Shown piece after piece: positions 19,085 to 28,093 of a DNA stretch of 32,000 nucleotides; position 1 is the stretch's first letter; each line of letters opens with the position of its first letter. Under the pieces are notes generated by a model. That model searched no databases, was not told the DNA's origin, and saw nothing but the letters and a program-made list of their open reading frames with translations. The position numbers and the translations under genes were made by a program. Source of the DNA: Aliivibrio fischeri ES114 (lineage in GTDB: Bacteria; Pseudomonadota; Gammaproteobacteria; Enterobacterales; Vibrionaceae); the NCBI RefSeq assembly GCF_000011805.1, contig NC_006841.2; one strand, given 5' to 3'.

Positions 19085-19119
19085 GAATAAGTACCAATGA
19101 AAATGGGGTGCACTTATTC
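19085..19119 (+). promoter_or_regulatory. Hairpin in the leader of the first POT transporter gene
   Basis: gaataagt(a)cc...gggg(tgc)acttattc; 8-bp perfect outer stem, ends 24 nt before the start codon at 19144. Confidence 0.35.
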
Positions 19120-19143
19120 TCTCTAGCAGTTGTGGGACAATAG

Positions 19144-20610
19144 ATGAATACAATCAAACAACCTAAAGGGATATTCCATATTATTGCAATCCAAATGTGG
19201 GAGTTCTTTAGTTACTATGGTATGCGCTCTTTATTAATTCTTTTCTTAACGGAGAAGCTATTAATGTCAGATCAACATGCCTACGCTTTGTATGGTGCGT
19301 ATACATCGCTTGTGTATGTGACTCCTATTATTGGTGGTTATTTAGCGGATAAGTATTTAGGTAACTACTGGTCGGTAATTTTAGGTAGTTTGTTAATGGT
19401 GGGTGGGCACTTTGTGCTGAGTTTTCCAAGCAGCGATCACACGACCTTATACATTGCCTTGTCTTTGATTATTTGTGGTTACGGATTCTTTAAAACCAAT
19501 TCAAGCTGTTTGTTAGGTGAACTGTATCAAACTAAAGAGCAAGAGCGTGGCCGTGAAGCGGGTTTCTCTATCTCTTATATTGGTGGCAATATTGGTTCGA
19601 TGATTTCTCCGATTCTATGTGGCTTTGCTGCAATGAAATGGGGATGGCATATAGGCTTCTCGCTTGCGGGAATTGGGATGCTAATTGGCTTATGCATCTT
19701 CATGACAGGTCGTAAAAATTTTTCTCATGTAAGTAAACCTAATTTACCAGCGCTTCAGAAAAAGAGTGCAGGCATTCCACACTGGTCATTATTATTCGCT
19801 TCATTAGTGCTGGCTGCTGTTGGTTTGGTATTTGTGCTTAAAAACTTATGGGCAGGTTATATCTTATTGGTGATTTGTTTAATGTCTTTAGGGCACATCA
19901 TTAACTTGTACCGTAAGAGCGATGAAGAAGATCGTCAAAAACTGAATTCTATTATGTATTTTATGTTGTTTGGCACGGTGTTTTGGGCGTTTGACCAACA
20001 AGGTGGCAGCTCAATTAGCTTATTCATTGAACGTAATATTGATACTGATATTGGTGGGTTTACTATTCCAACGGCTTTCTTTCAATCCATTAACCCGATA
20101 GCCGTTATTGTGGGTGGTGCGGCGGTGGCATGGTTATGGAAAATGTTAGATTCAAAAAGCATCTCAGTGAGAACGCTAACGAAACTGAATATTGGTCTTT
20201 TATTGCTTACTGCTGGCTTTAGCTTAATTACGTTGTCTTCAAAATTAGCAATGGCAAGCGGTCAAACTACCTTTGTTTGGTTATTGATTGGTTTATTGTG
20301 CATTGGGGTGGCAGAACTGTTTATTGACCCTGTGGCATTGGCTGCGATTACACGCCTAAACCCACATGGTGCAACAGGGACGTTAGCCGGTATTTATATG
20401 CTTGCTGGTGGTTCAGTAGCAAATTACCTTGCTGCGGATATTGCTCAGTTCACATCGACGGGTACGGGTGAAAATGCAGGAACTCTGGATTTAATTGTAT
20501 CGGCAACGCAATATCACCATGTATTCCAAAGTATCCTTTTTGTAACAATTGGCGTGTTTGTTTTAGGTTTATTGGTGGACTTTAAACACCGTAAACAAGC
20601 AACTATTTAA
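19144..20610 (+). CDS. POT/PTR-family proton-dependent oligopeptide transporter
   Basis: FHIIAIQMWEFFSYYGMRSLLILF (EFFxYYG variant of POT motif ExxERFxYYG), GGYLADKYLGNYWSVILG, 12+ TM helices. Confidence 0.92.
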   Translation: MNTIKQPKGIFHIIAIQMWEFFSYYGMRSLLILFLTEKLLMSDQHAYALYGAYTSLVYVTPIIGGYLADKYLGNYWSVILGSLLMVGGHFVLSFPSSDHTTLYIALSLIICGYGFFKTNSSCLLGELYQTKEQERGREAGFSISYIGGNIGSMISPILCGFAAMKWGWHIGFSLAGIGMLIGLCIFMTGRKNFSHVSKPNLPALQKKSAGIPHWSLLFASLVLAAVGLVFVLKNLWAGYILLVICLMSLGHIINLYRKSDEEDRQKLNSIMYFMLFGTVFWAFDQQGGSSISLFIERNIDTDIGGFTIPTAFFQSINPIAVIVGGAAVAWLWKMLDSKSISVRTLTKLNIGLLLLTAGFSLITLSSKLAMASGQTTFVWLLIGLLCIGVAELFIDPVALAAITRLNPHGATGTLAGIYMLAGGSVANYLAADIAQFTSTGTGENAGTLDLIVSATQYHHVFQSILFVTIGVFVLGLLVDFKHRKQATI

Positions 20611-20621
20611 TTCCATTATAA

Positions 20622-20654
20622 ATAACAGCAAGCTGCCATGGCTTGCTGTTCCTT
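20622..20654 (+). terminator. Hairpin terminator downstream of the first POT gene
   Basis: aacagcaagc tgccatg gcttgctgtt; weak T-tract. Confidence 0.55.
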
Positions 20655-20954
20655 ATCTCTTTCCTCTTAATCATTCAAATTCCCCTTAACTTTTTAGAAT
20701 CAATAAATGCTGAATCTCTGTGTTCCAATTTAATTGTCATGATAATGTCAGTATAAAATGTTGCAAAATGTTTCTGTTGGTGACTTTGTGTAAATTATTG
20801 ATCATTAAGTGGTTATCTCTATTTTTCAAAATTGATAATTTAGATTTCATTTATGGCTAGTGATAAGTAAATGTTAAAAACGTAAGTTGGTTGTGTAATG
20901 CGTAAAAATGCATAAAAAAAGAAGCAATCACAACACATACACAGGGATTAATTT

Positions 20955-22439
20955 ATGTCTAACTTGAATGTATTCAAGCAGCCTAAGCAGTTTTATCTGA
21001 TCTTTTCTATAGAGTTTTGGGAGCGTTTTGGCTTCTATGGCATGCAAGCAATTTTAGCGGTTTATCTGGTTAAAATTCTAGGAATGTCAGAGTCTGAATC
21101 ATTTATACTTTTCGGTGCTTTCTCAGCGCTTATTTTTGGCTCTGTTGCTATCGGTGGCTGGGTTGGTGATAAAGTTATTGGTACCAAACGAACCATTACT
21201 TTAGGTGCCTTGATATTGACCATTGGTTACGCACTATTAGGTGTGTCGGCATCGGCAGGTAATATTGGTGGTTCTGGTCTAATTTATGTCGCAATGGGTT
21301 TTATTACTATGGGTAATGGTCTATTTAAAGCAAACCCATCAAGTCTACTAGCTAAAGTTTATGATAAAGACGATAACCGTTTAGATGGTGCATTCACAAT
21401 GTACTACATGGCGATTAACCTTGGTTCATTCTTCTCTATGCTGTTAACGCCTTGGATTGCAAACCAGTTTGGTTATGGCATGGCATTTAGTGTGAGTGCG
21501 GTTGGTCTGATCATCACTGTTCTTAATTTCGTTATGTGTTCTCGTATGGTTAAAGGTGTTGGTTCAGAACCGGATCTTATCGCAGTAAATAAAACACATT
21601 ACTTAGGTGTCGTTGCAGCAACAGTTGCTCTTAGCTTCTTATGTTCAGTATTACTACAAAACCTGTTTTACGCTCACGCTATTTTAGTTGTGGTTGGTAT
21701 TGCGATTGTTGTGCTTTACATGAGAGAAGCATTTAAAATCTCTGGTTTAGAGCGTGCAAAAATGTTGGTAGCGTTCGTATTAATGCTGCAAGGCGTTGTG
21801 TTCTTTGTGCTTTATTTCCAAATGCCAACGTCACTAAATTTCTTTGCGATTCATAATATCGAACACAACATTCTGGGTATTTCTGTTGCTCCTGAGCAAT
21901 TCCAAGCACTAAACCCATTCTGGATCATGATTGCGAGCCCAATCCTTGCTGTGGCTTACACAAACTTAGGTGAGCGTTTTGCGATGCCTTATAAGTTTGC
22001 TTTCGGTATGGTGCTGTGTGCATTGTCTTTCCTAGTTCTAAAGTTCGGCGCTAACTTTGCAAATGAAGATGGCATCATGAGCTCTAACTGGTTGGTTATC
22101 TGTTACGCTTTCCAATCTTTAGGTGAGCTTTTAGTGTCTGGTCTAGGTCTTGCGATGGTAGCTCAATTGGTACCACAACGTATGATGGGCTTTGCAATGG
22201 GTATGTGGTTCTTAACATCAGCAACGGCTGCGGTTATCGCAGGTTGGGTTGCTGCATTAACAACTGCACCAGCAGGCTTAACTGACGCAAACCAAACACT
22301 GGCTATCTACAGTGATGTATTTGGTAAGATTGGTTATGCAACTGCAGGTGTTGCCGTTATTACGTTATTAATTGCGCCTAAGTTAACTCGTATTATTCGT
22401 GGTGAATCTGAAGGTCAAACAGAAGCAGCAAACGCATAA
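20955..22439 (+). CDS. POT/PTR-family proton-dependent oligopeptide transporter (DtpA-like)
   Basis: FYLIFSIEFWERFGFYGMQAILAVYLV (ExxERFxxYG), GGWVGDKVIGTKRTITLGA, GNGLFKANPSSLLAKVY. Confidence 0.95.
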   Translation: MSNLNVFKQPKQFYLIFSIEFWERFGFYGMQAILAVYLVKILGMSESESFILFGAFSALIFGSVAIGGWVGDKVIGTKRTITLGALILTIGYALLGVSASAGNIGGSGLIYVAMGFITMGNGLFKANPSSLLAKVYDKDDNRLDGAFTMYYMAINLGSFFSMLLTPWIANQFGYGMAFSVSAVGLIITVLNFVMCSRMVKGVGSEPDLIAVNKTHYLGVVAATVALSFLCSVLLQNLFYAHAILVVVGIAIVVLYMREAFKISGLERAKMLVAFVLMLQGVVFFVLYFQMPTSLNFFAIHNIEHNILGISVAPEQFQALNPFWIMIASPILAVAYTNLGERFAMPYKFAFGMVLCALSFLVLKFGANFANEDGIMSSNWLVICYAFQSLGELLVSGLGLAMVAQLVPQRMMGFAMGMWFLTSATAAVIAGWVAALTTAPAGLTDANQTLAIYSDVFGKIGYATAGVAVITLLIAPKLTRIIRGESEGQTEAANA

Positions 22440-22481
22440 TTAAGATTTGCATCAGCTTAATGTGATTAGGCTGAAATAATA

Positions 22482-22532
22482 AAAAACCAGTGTTATTCCT
22501 TCTTATTTATAGAAGAAATAGGCTGGTTTTTT
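22482..22532 (+). terminator. Rho-independent terminator downstream of the second POT gene
   Basis: aaaaaaccagtgttattccttc...gaagaaataggctggtttttttg. Confidence 0.7.
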
Positions 22533-22624
22533 TGATCTCGGCTTATAAATTTGAACAATAGAATAGGTGAGGTATCCCACTCTGAATTAGGATTAGCATA
22601 AATCGAATTGTGAAGGATAAACAC

Positions 22625-22975
22625 ATGAAAATAAAAGTAGGTTTATGTGCGCTATTGGCTATGTTCTCTTTTAATAGCTGGAGCTCAGAGCGAAGTGAAC
22701 AAGCGTGGGAGCAAGTAGAGCAGGGCGCATTATTAATTGATGTGCGAACTCCAGGGGAATTTGATCAAGGGCATTTAGATGGCGCAACGAACTACCCGTT
22801 AAATACGGTAGATAAAACGTTCGCTAAAATAGATAAAGATACGCCGATAGTTGTGTATTGCCGAAGTGGTGCTCGTTCAGGAAAAGCCATGAGTTACTTA
22901 AAGCAAGTGGGATTCAAAGAGGTGTATAACGGCGGTGGTCTAGTGGAAATGCAATCGACTAAACCAACACCATAG
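22625..22975 (+). CDS. Periplasmic rhodanese-like protein (PspE-type)
   Basis: Start at 22625 is favoured over 22610 because of the aagga SD and the signal peptide MKIKVGLCALLAMFSFNSWS. LIDVRTPGEFDQGHLDGATNYP; active-site loop VYCRSGARSGKA. Confidence 0.9.
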   Translation: MKIKVGLCALLAMFSFNSWSSERSEQAWEQVEQGALLIDVRTPGEFDQGHLDGATNYPLNTVDKTFAKIDKDTPIVVYCRSGARSGKAMSYLKQVGFKEVYNGGGLVEMQSTKPTP

Positions 22976-22984
22976 TGATATATT

Positions 22985-23692
22985 TTACTGCTCGGATGCT
23001 GAAACAAGCACTCGATTATCACCGCAGCTATAAGCGATCACTTGGCTGATCTCAGATAAGCTGCGGCCAGATTCTTCTTTCCATTGATTAAAAGCTTGGT
23101 TTGCTGCGAGATGCACACGTTTTGTATCTCGACCACCATCAATAATGCCGTAATTACGTAAGTAAGACTCCACATCAGAAGATAAGATAAAGGTATCAAC
23201 TCCCATTTGGCGTAATGCATAAGCGCCAGTATTGCCACCTAAACGTTGACCGTGTTTCTTTAAGTAAGCCCATAATCCGGTAATGTCTTCACTTGGCCAG
23301 TTCGCCACCATGTTACCAAAAGAGTCGTGTTGTAATCCGGCGGAGTATATCATCATCGCATTCGCAGGAATGGTTTTTACCTTGGTTAAATGACGAATAA
23401 TGCGTGGGTCTTGTGCTTTTTCTTCCCATACTTCGTCAGGCTGCATTAACAGTGGTTGGATGCGAAATTGGAAAAAGACCTCTTCAAAATTAGGCCATTT
23501 CTTTCGTACTACATTCCAAGAAATACCACATTGAAAAACCTTCTCTGTAAATGCCGCTAACCAACGATCATCAGGAATTTTTGCTAATTCACTACGAGGT
23601 AATGGTTTGTTTAATAATAACTCAAGCTGAGCAGTTCCACCTTTGCGGAGTGCTGCTCGCTCATAAATAGATTCAAATTTTTCAATGCTCAT
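22985..23692 (-). CDS. DNA-3-methyladenine glycosylase I family protein
   Basis: FTEKVFQCGISWNVVRKKWPNFEEVFFQF, HGQRLGGNTGAYALRQMGVDTFILSSDV; internal start MSIEKFESIYERA at 23692 is more credible than the hydrophobic 21-aa extension to 23755. Confidence 0.82.
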   Translation of the reverse strand: MSIEKFESIYERAALRKGGTAQLELLLNKPLPRSELAKIPDDRWLAAFTEKVFQCGISWNVVRKKWPNFEEVFFQFRIQPLLMQPDEVWEEKAQDPRIIRHLTKVKTIPANAMMIYSAGLQHDSFGNMVANWPSEDITGLWAYLKKHGQRLGGNTGAYALRQMGVDTFILSSDVESYLRNYGIIDGGRDTKRVHLAANQAFNQWKEESGRSLSEISQVIAYSCGDNRVLVSASEQ

Positions 23693-23882
23693 GATAAAAA
23701 CCGACGATAGAGAAATGAGATTAAGATAGTAACAATAATGGTAAGAAATGCACAAGAAAGAGACGTAATGATAGATGTATATTAATGAAATATATGTATA
23801 TACTTAGAAATAACTAAACATTTAAATGGTGCAAAAATCTGTATTACATAAAGTGTTTAGGAGAGTGAAGTAGGAAGAAGTA

Positions 23883-24368
23883 ATGTTAGCAAAAAAGATG
23901 GATGCGCCATTGGATATGCAAAATGGGGCGCGATTTAAAACAAAAAAACACGGTTATGTCACTGTTATTGAATACTACAATACACACACCGTGATTGTTG
24001 CTTTTGAAAATACGGGCAACATTCGTGCAATTAGTGCAGCCAAGTTAAGAAGTGGTCAATTGGCAGATCGTTCAGTACCACCAGAATCGATCATGGTGGG
24101 GGAAAAGGTTGAGTCTGTAAAACACGGCATATTAACCATTGTTCAAGTTGAATCTGAAAATATCGTATTACTTACTACAGAAAGTGGTGAAGAAGTACGT
24201 ATGCTATTGCCTGCGGTTCAAAAAATGAAAAGCAAAGCAGAAGAGCCAATAACCACTAAAGAAGAGCCTGAATTGCCAACCTCGTTAAGTGCATTAACTA
24301 AGAGAAATAAAAAAACCAAGGATGTGAATAATTTACTGAAAAAAATGCTTACTGATTACGGTAAATAA
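23883..24368 (+). CDS. Hypothetical protein (161 aa) with two SH3-like/beta repeat units
   Basis: Complete ORF; internal similarity between GARFKTKKHGYVTVIEYYNTHTVIVAFENTGNIRAISAAKLRSG and GEKVESVKHGILTIVQVESENIVLLTTESGEEVRMLLPAV. Confidence 0.65.
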   Translation: MLAKKMDAPLDMQNGARFKTKKHGYVTVIEYYNTHTVIVAFENTGNIRAISAAKLRSGQLADRSVPPESIMVGEKVESVKHGILTIVQVESENIVLLTTESGEEVRMLLPAVQKMKSKAEEPITTKEEPELPTSLSALTKRNKKTKDVNNLLKKMLTDYGK

Positions 24369-24435
24369 TAGATTTATTCAAAATAAAATAACGAGAAAAT
24401 AAACACTAAATAATTACGACTTTAATTAAAATATA

Positions 24436-24457
24436 AATTCCAATCTAGATCACACTC
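24436..24457 (+). promoter_or_regulatory. Putative CRP-like site upstream of the PTS operon
   Basis: aattccaatctagatcacactc versus consensus AAATGTGATCTAGATCACATTT: right half strong, left half weak. Confidence 0.35.
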
Positions 24458-24549
24458 TTCGAATATAATAAAACCCTAAAAAACAAAATAAGAAATATCC
24501 CTATCAATAAGTCTCTATTAAGTAGATCTGCGTCACAATCTCATTTTGA

Positions 24550-24571
24550 CTTTGTGATTTAGAACTATTTA
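24550..24571 (+). promoter_or_regulatory. Second putative CRP-like half-site upstream of the PTS operon
   Basis: ctttgtgatttagaactattta: left half TGTGA conserved, right half degenerate. Confidence 0.3.
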
Positions 24572-24658
24572 AATCTCCATTTTACTCTTTAAGATTCATT
24601 ACATAATAACTCGGGAGAATATTATTTAGCTCCCGCAACCCTACAGAGAGTATATAAA

Positions 24659-24928
24659 ATGAAAAAGATCTTAGTTGTATGTGGAAACGGTTTAGGCACT
24701 TCTTTAATGATGGAGATGGCAGTAAAAGAAGTGGCAAAGAAAATTGGTTTAGAAGCTGAAATTGATCATGAAGATTTATCATCAGCAGCATCTAGCAATG
24801 CTGATATTTGGGTTGCAGCAACAGATGTCGCGACACAGCTTGAAGAAGCAGGCAAACAAAACATAGTAAGTCTTGCCAATATTTTTGATAAAGCATCAAT
24901 CGAAGCGCAGTTAAAAACATTCATCTAA
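24659..24928 (+). CDS. PTS sugar transporter subunit IIB (UlaB/SgaB-like)
   Basis: MKKILVVCGNGLGTSLMMEMAVKEVAKKIG: IIB phosphocysteine loop CGNGLGTS. Confidence 0.92.
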   Translation: MKKILVVCGNGLGTSLMMEMAVKEVAKKIGLEAEIDHEDLSSAASSNADIWVAATDVATQLEEAGKQNIVSLANIFDKASIEAQLKTFI

Positions 24929-24943
24929 GCTAAGGTCACTATT

Positions 24944-26200
24944 ATGGCAAATTTCTTTGAGTTCATGCTCGGCTTATTAAAAGAGCCAGCAATCATGGTT
25001 GGTTTAATTGCATTTATTGGCCTTGTTGCCCAAAAATCAGATATATCAACCATTCTAAAAGGCACAATTAAAACCGTAATGGGATTCTTAATTCTTGGTT
25101 TTGGTGCAGGCGCATTAGTTGGCGCATTAAATAATTTCTCAGCGGTATTTACAGAAGCTTTTGGTGTAAGTGGTGTTATTCCAAATAACGAAGCGATTGT
25201 GGCATTAGCACAAGAAGCGTTTGGTTATGAAATGGCATTAATTATGTTCTTTGCGTTCATCGTAAATATATTATTAGCTCGTTTCACTCCTTTAAAATAT
25301 ATCTTTTTAACGGGTCACCACACTATGTTTATGTCTATGCTTGTCGCGGTAATTCTATCGACAGCAGATATTACAGGCACAACATTAGTGGCGCTGGGTT
25401 CAGTTATTGTTGGTTCATTAATGGTTATTATGCCTGCTATTGCCCAAAAATATACTGAAAAAGTAATGGGTACCGATCAGCTGGCAATGGGTCACTTCTC
25501 AACTTTGTCTTATGTGATTTCAGGTTATATTGGTAGCAAATTTGGTGATACATCAAAATCAACAGAAGACATTAATGTACCAAAAAGCTTAATGTTCCTA
25601 CGTGATACTCCAGTAGCCGTAGCAACTACTATGCTTCTGTTTTTCTTGCTTGCTTCTGTATTCGCAGGTGGCGAGTTTGTAGAAAGTGTCTCTGGCGGTC
25701 AAAACTGGGTTGTATTTACTTTCATGCAATCATTAACGTTTGCTGGTGGTGTATACATCGTACTGCAAGGTGTGAAAATGCTGATTGCTGAAATCGTTCC
25801 TGCATTTAAAGGTATTTCAGATACATTAGTACCAGGTGCAAAACCAGCGCTAGACTGTCCAATGGTATTCCCTGTAGCACCTAATGCAGTATTAATCGGT
25901 TTCTTAAGCTCATTCACAGCAGGTTTAGTTGCAATGGGTATTCAAGGTGCATTTGGTTGGACAATCATTGTTGCAGGCGTTGTTCCTCACTTCTTCGTAG
26001 GTGGTGCAGCAGGCGTATACGGTAACGCAACGGGTGGTTTACGTGGTGCGGTGCTAGGCGCATTTACTCAAGGTCTATGTATCTCGTTCTTACCAATGCT
26101 ACTGCTTCCAGTACTTGGTGGCCTAGGTCTAGAAGCAACAACATTTGCTGATTTTGACTTTGGTGTTGTTGGTCTTGTTCTTGGATGGATTGTGTCATGA
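24944..26200 (+). CDS. ulaA: PTS transporter subunit IIC, SgaT/UlaA family
   Basis: LLKEPAIMVGLIAFIGLVAQK, HHTMFMSMLVAVILST, GGAAGVYGNATGGLRGAVLGAFTQGLCISFLPMLLLPVLG. Confidence 0.9.
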   Translation: MANFFEFMLGLLKEPAIMVGLIAFIGLVAQKSDISTILKGTIKTVMGFLILGFGAGALVGALNNFSAVFTEAFGVSGVIPNNEAIVALAQEAFGYEMALIMFFAFIVNILLARFTPLKYIFLTGHHTMFMSMLVAVILSTADITGTTLVALGSVIVGSLMVIMPAIAQKYTEKVMGTDQLAMGHFSTLSYVISGYIGSKFGDTSKSTEDINVPKSLMFLRDTPVAVATTMLLFFLLASVFAGGEFVESVSGGQNWVVFTFMQSLTFAGGVYIVLQGVKMLIAEIVPAFKGISDTLVPGAKPALDCPMVFPVAPNAVLIGFLSSFTAGLVAMGIQGAFGWTIIVAGVVPHFFVGGAAGVYGNATGGLRGAVLGAFTQGLCISFLPMLLLPVLGGLGLEATTFADFDFGVVGLVLGWIVS

Positions 26201-26646
26201 GTTTATTAGATTTAATTGGTAACGACGGCATTGTTATTACGACAGAAAAAGGCCTAACACTGGATGCAGCATTAGATTTAACTTGTTCACTACTGATCAA
26301 AAATGGAAAAGTAGAAGCAAGTTACCTAGAAGCCATTAAACAAAAGCATAAAGAAATTGGTGCCTATTATGTTCTGGCTCCTAAAATTGCAATGCCACAT
26401 GCAAGACCAGAAGATGGCGTAAATGAAGCTGCACTACAAATCACAGTATTTAAAAATGGTGTTGATTTGGAATCAGAAGATAATGGTGATGTGTACTTTT
26501 CTGTCACTCTTGCAGCGATGGATTCTGATAGCCACATTCATACCATTATGGCGCTTTCAGAGTTGTTCCAAAATGAAGATGATGTCGATGCTATTATCCA
26601 AGCAGAAACTGAATCAGACATTAAAGATATCCTAAAAAAATACTAA
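26185..26646 (+). CDS. PTS sugar transporter subunit IIA (mannitol/fructose/ascorbate type)
   Basis: GAYYVLAPKIAMPHARPEDGVNEAALQITVFKNGV: IIA active-site MPHARPE; overlaps the IIC gene by 16 nt. Confidence 0.93.
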   Translation: MDCVMSLLDLIGNDGIVITTEKGLTLDAALDLTCSLLIKNGKVEASYLEAIKQKHKEIGAYYVLAPKIAMPHARPEDGVNEAALQITVFKNGVDLESEDNGDVYFSVTLAAMDSDSHIHTIMALSELFQNEDDVDAIIQAETESDIKDILKKY

Positions 26647-26666
26647 CTTCCCCCGTAGTATTTAAA

Positions 26667-26700
26667 TCAAAACCTCGTTCTTGTAGCGAGGTTTTTTATT
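26667..26700 (+). terminator. Rho-independent terminator of the PTS operon
   Basis: caaaacctcgttcttgtagcgaggttttttatt. Confidence 0.88.
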
Positions 26701-26804
26701 TAACAAATCTGCACTTTTTTCACTATTTTTTTTAGCAACTTTCAAGTAATCTCGTTCCACATTTAAGACGCGTTAGACGTCACATCACTTCAAAGGAAAA
26801 AGTA

Positions 26805-27632
26805 ATGATATTAGATATTTCGATGTGGATTTGGATCCCGCTTGCGTTGGCTATCATCTTAGCGTTTATCAATCAAATCAAAGCCAGTTTTGCCTTACTT
26901 GGTATCACCTTAATTGGTGCCATCATAGAGCAACGACTAAACATGATTGGGTTAGCGGGGATTGCGGCAGGTTTGCTTGTTGCCTACAAAACACCAAGCT
27001 TAGAGAAAAAATGGCAACTAGGGGCATACCTATTTATCTTCTTATGGTGCATTGCATTATTTCTTCATTTAATCCCCGGTTTTAACAACGCCAAGGTATT
27101 GGATGCCGTTGTTACCGGCCCATTAAGCGTTCCATTTACCTTATATTTAAACCTAGATAAACCGCTTATCTTATTTGGATTATTACTTGCTTATCCCGCT
27201 CTATTGGGAAGCAAAGCCAACATCAACAAAAAAGCACTTATTTATACTGCGATTCCACTTTTTAGCTTGTTGCCTCTTGCGTGGGGATTAGGTGCATTAA
27301 AACCAGAGTTCACGCTCCCTAATTGGTGGTGGTTGTTTGCATTAAATAACCTATTGCTAACTTGTGTAGCCGAAGAAGCCTTCTTCCGAGGTTTTATACA
27401 ACAATCACTCAGTAAACGATTTGGTTGGATAGCAGGGGTAGCCGTAGCCAGTGTGCTATTTGGTATTGCTCATATTGGCGGCGGTTTACTCTTGGTTGTT
27501 TTTGCTACCTTAGCCGGAGTAGGTTATGGGTTAGCCTTTCATTACAGCGCACGTTTGTGGGTAGCGGTTGCGTTCCACTTCTTGTTTAACTTCATGCATT
27601 TGGTGTTTTTCACATACCCAATAATGAAATAA
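26805..27632 (+). CDS. CPBP-family intramembrane glutamic endopeptidase (CAAX/Abi)
   Basis: TCVAEEAFFRGFIQQSLSKRFG (EExxxR), GIAHIG, AFHFLFNFMHLVFF. Confidence 0.9.
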   Translation: MILDISMWIWIPLALAIILAFINQIKASFALLGITLIGAIIEQRLNMIGLAGIAAGLLVAYKTPSLEKKWQLGAYLFIFLWCIALFLHLIPGFNNAKVLDAVVTGPLSVPFTLYLNLDKPLILFGLLLAYPALLGSKANINKKALIYTAIPLFSLLPLAWGLGALKPEFTLPNWWWLFALNNLLLTCVAEEAFFRGFIQQSLSKRFGWIAGVAVASVLFGIAHIGGGLLLVVFATLAGVGYGLAFHYSARLWVAVAFHFLFNFMHLVFFTYPIMK

Positions 27633-27633
27633 C

Positions 27634-27678
27634 TCACTCAATTTAAATAACTTTTATAAATGAAACTGAGTGGGCTTT
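27634..27678 (+). terminator. Probable terminator downstream of the CPBP gene
   Basis: cactcaattt...aaactgagtgggctttt: 10-bp stem with one mismatch, then a short T-run. Confidence 0.5.
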
Positions 27679-27796
27679 TGCATTTATTTACTGACTTAAG
27701 CCAATAATTTGCGAAACCCCATTCAGTATATCTTGACCGTCATCACGCTTAGAACTAAAGTCTCACATATAAGAGACAATCATTTACTGAGGTTAT

Positions 27797-28033
27797 ATGA
27801 AAGTAGAAGCTGTTGGCAAAATTCAAATGGAATCCATTGAAAGAGAAAAAAGCCAAGAAGTATTAAAGAACAGCATTAGCAACATGAAAATGCAAAACGA
27901 AGGCGTCTACGACCAACAAGCCATTAACTTTGCGCTCAAGCGTGGAGAGATAAAAGAGCAAGAAATAGAATCCAGAGTAAACCGTTTAAAGATTTACATG
28001 GATAAGCAGCGAGAGCTAAACAACATCGCATAA
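27797..28033 (+). CDS. Hypothetical small charged, helical protein (78 aa)
   Basis: Complete ORF with tactgaggtt SD-like sequence; strongly helical, charged translation; no family recognised. Confidence 0.6.
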   Translation: MKVEAVGKIQMESIEREKSQEVLKNSISNMKMQNEGVYDQQAINFALKRGEIKEQEIESRVNRLKIYMDKQRELNNIA

Positions 28034-28035
28034 CG

Positions 28036-28075
28036 CTTGATGATTAAGGAATTTTATAATTGCTTAATCATCAAG
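28036..28075. terminator. Perfect 13-bp inverted repeat between convergent genes, possible bidirectional terminator
   Basis: CTTGATGATTAAG (28036-28048) and CTTAATCATCAAG (28063-28075), 14-nt spacer; no strong T-tract. Confidence 0.5.
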
Positions 28076-28093
28076 ATATTTACTCGTTAATGA

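Noticed and set aside
26805-27632. CPBP/CAAX protease as an abortive-infection or bacteriocin-immunity gene
   Set aside because: The family includes such roles, but the gene has no bacteriocin precursor or defence neighbour immediately adjacent and is likely an ordinary chromosomal copy.
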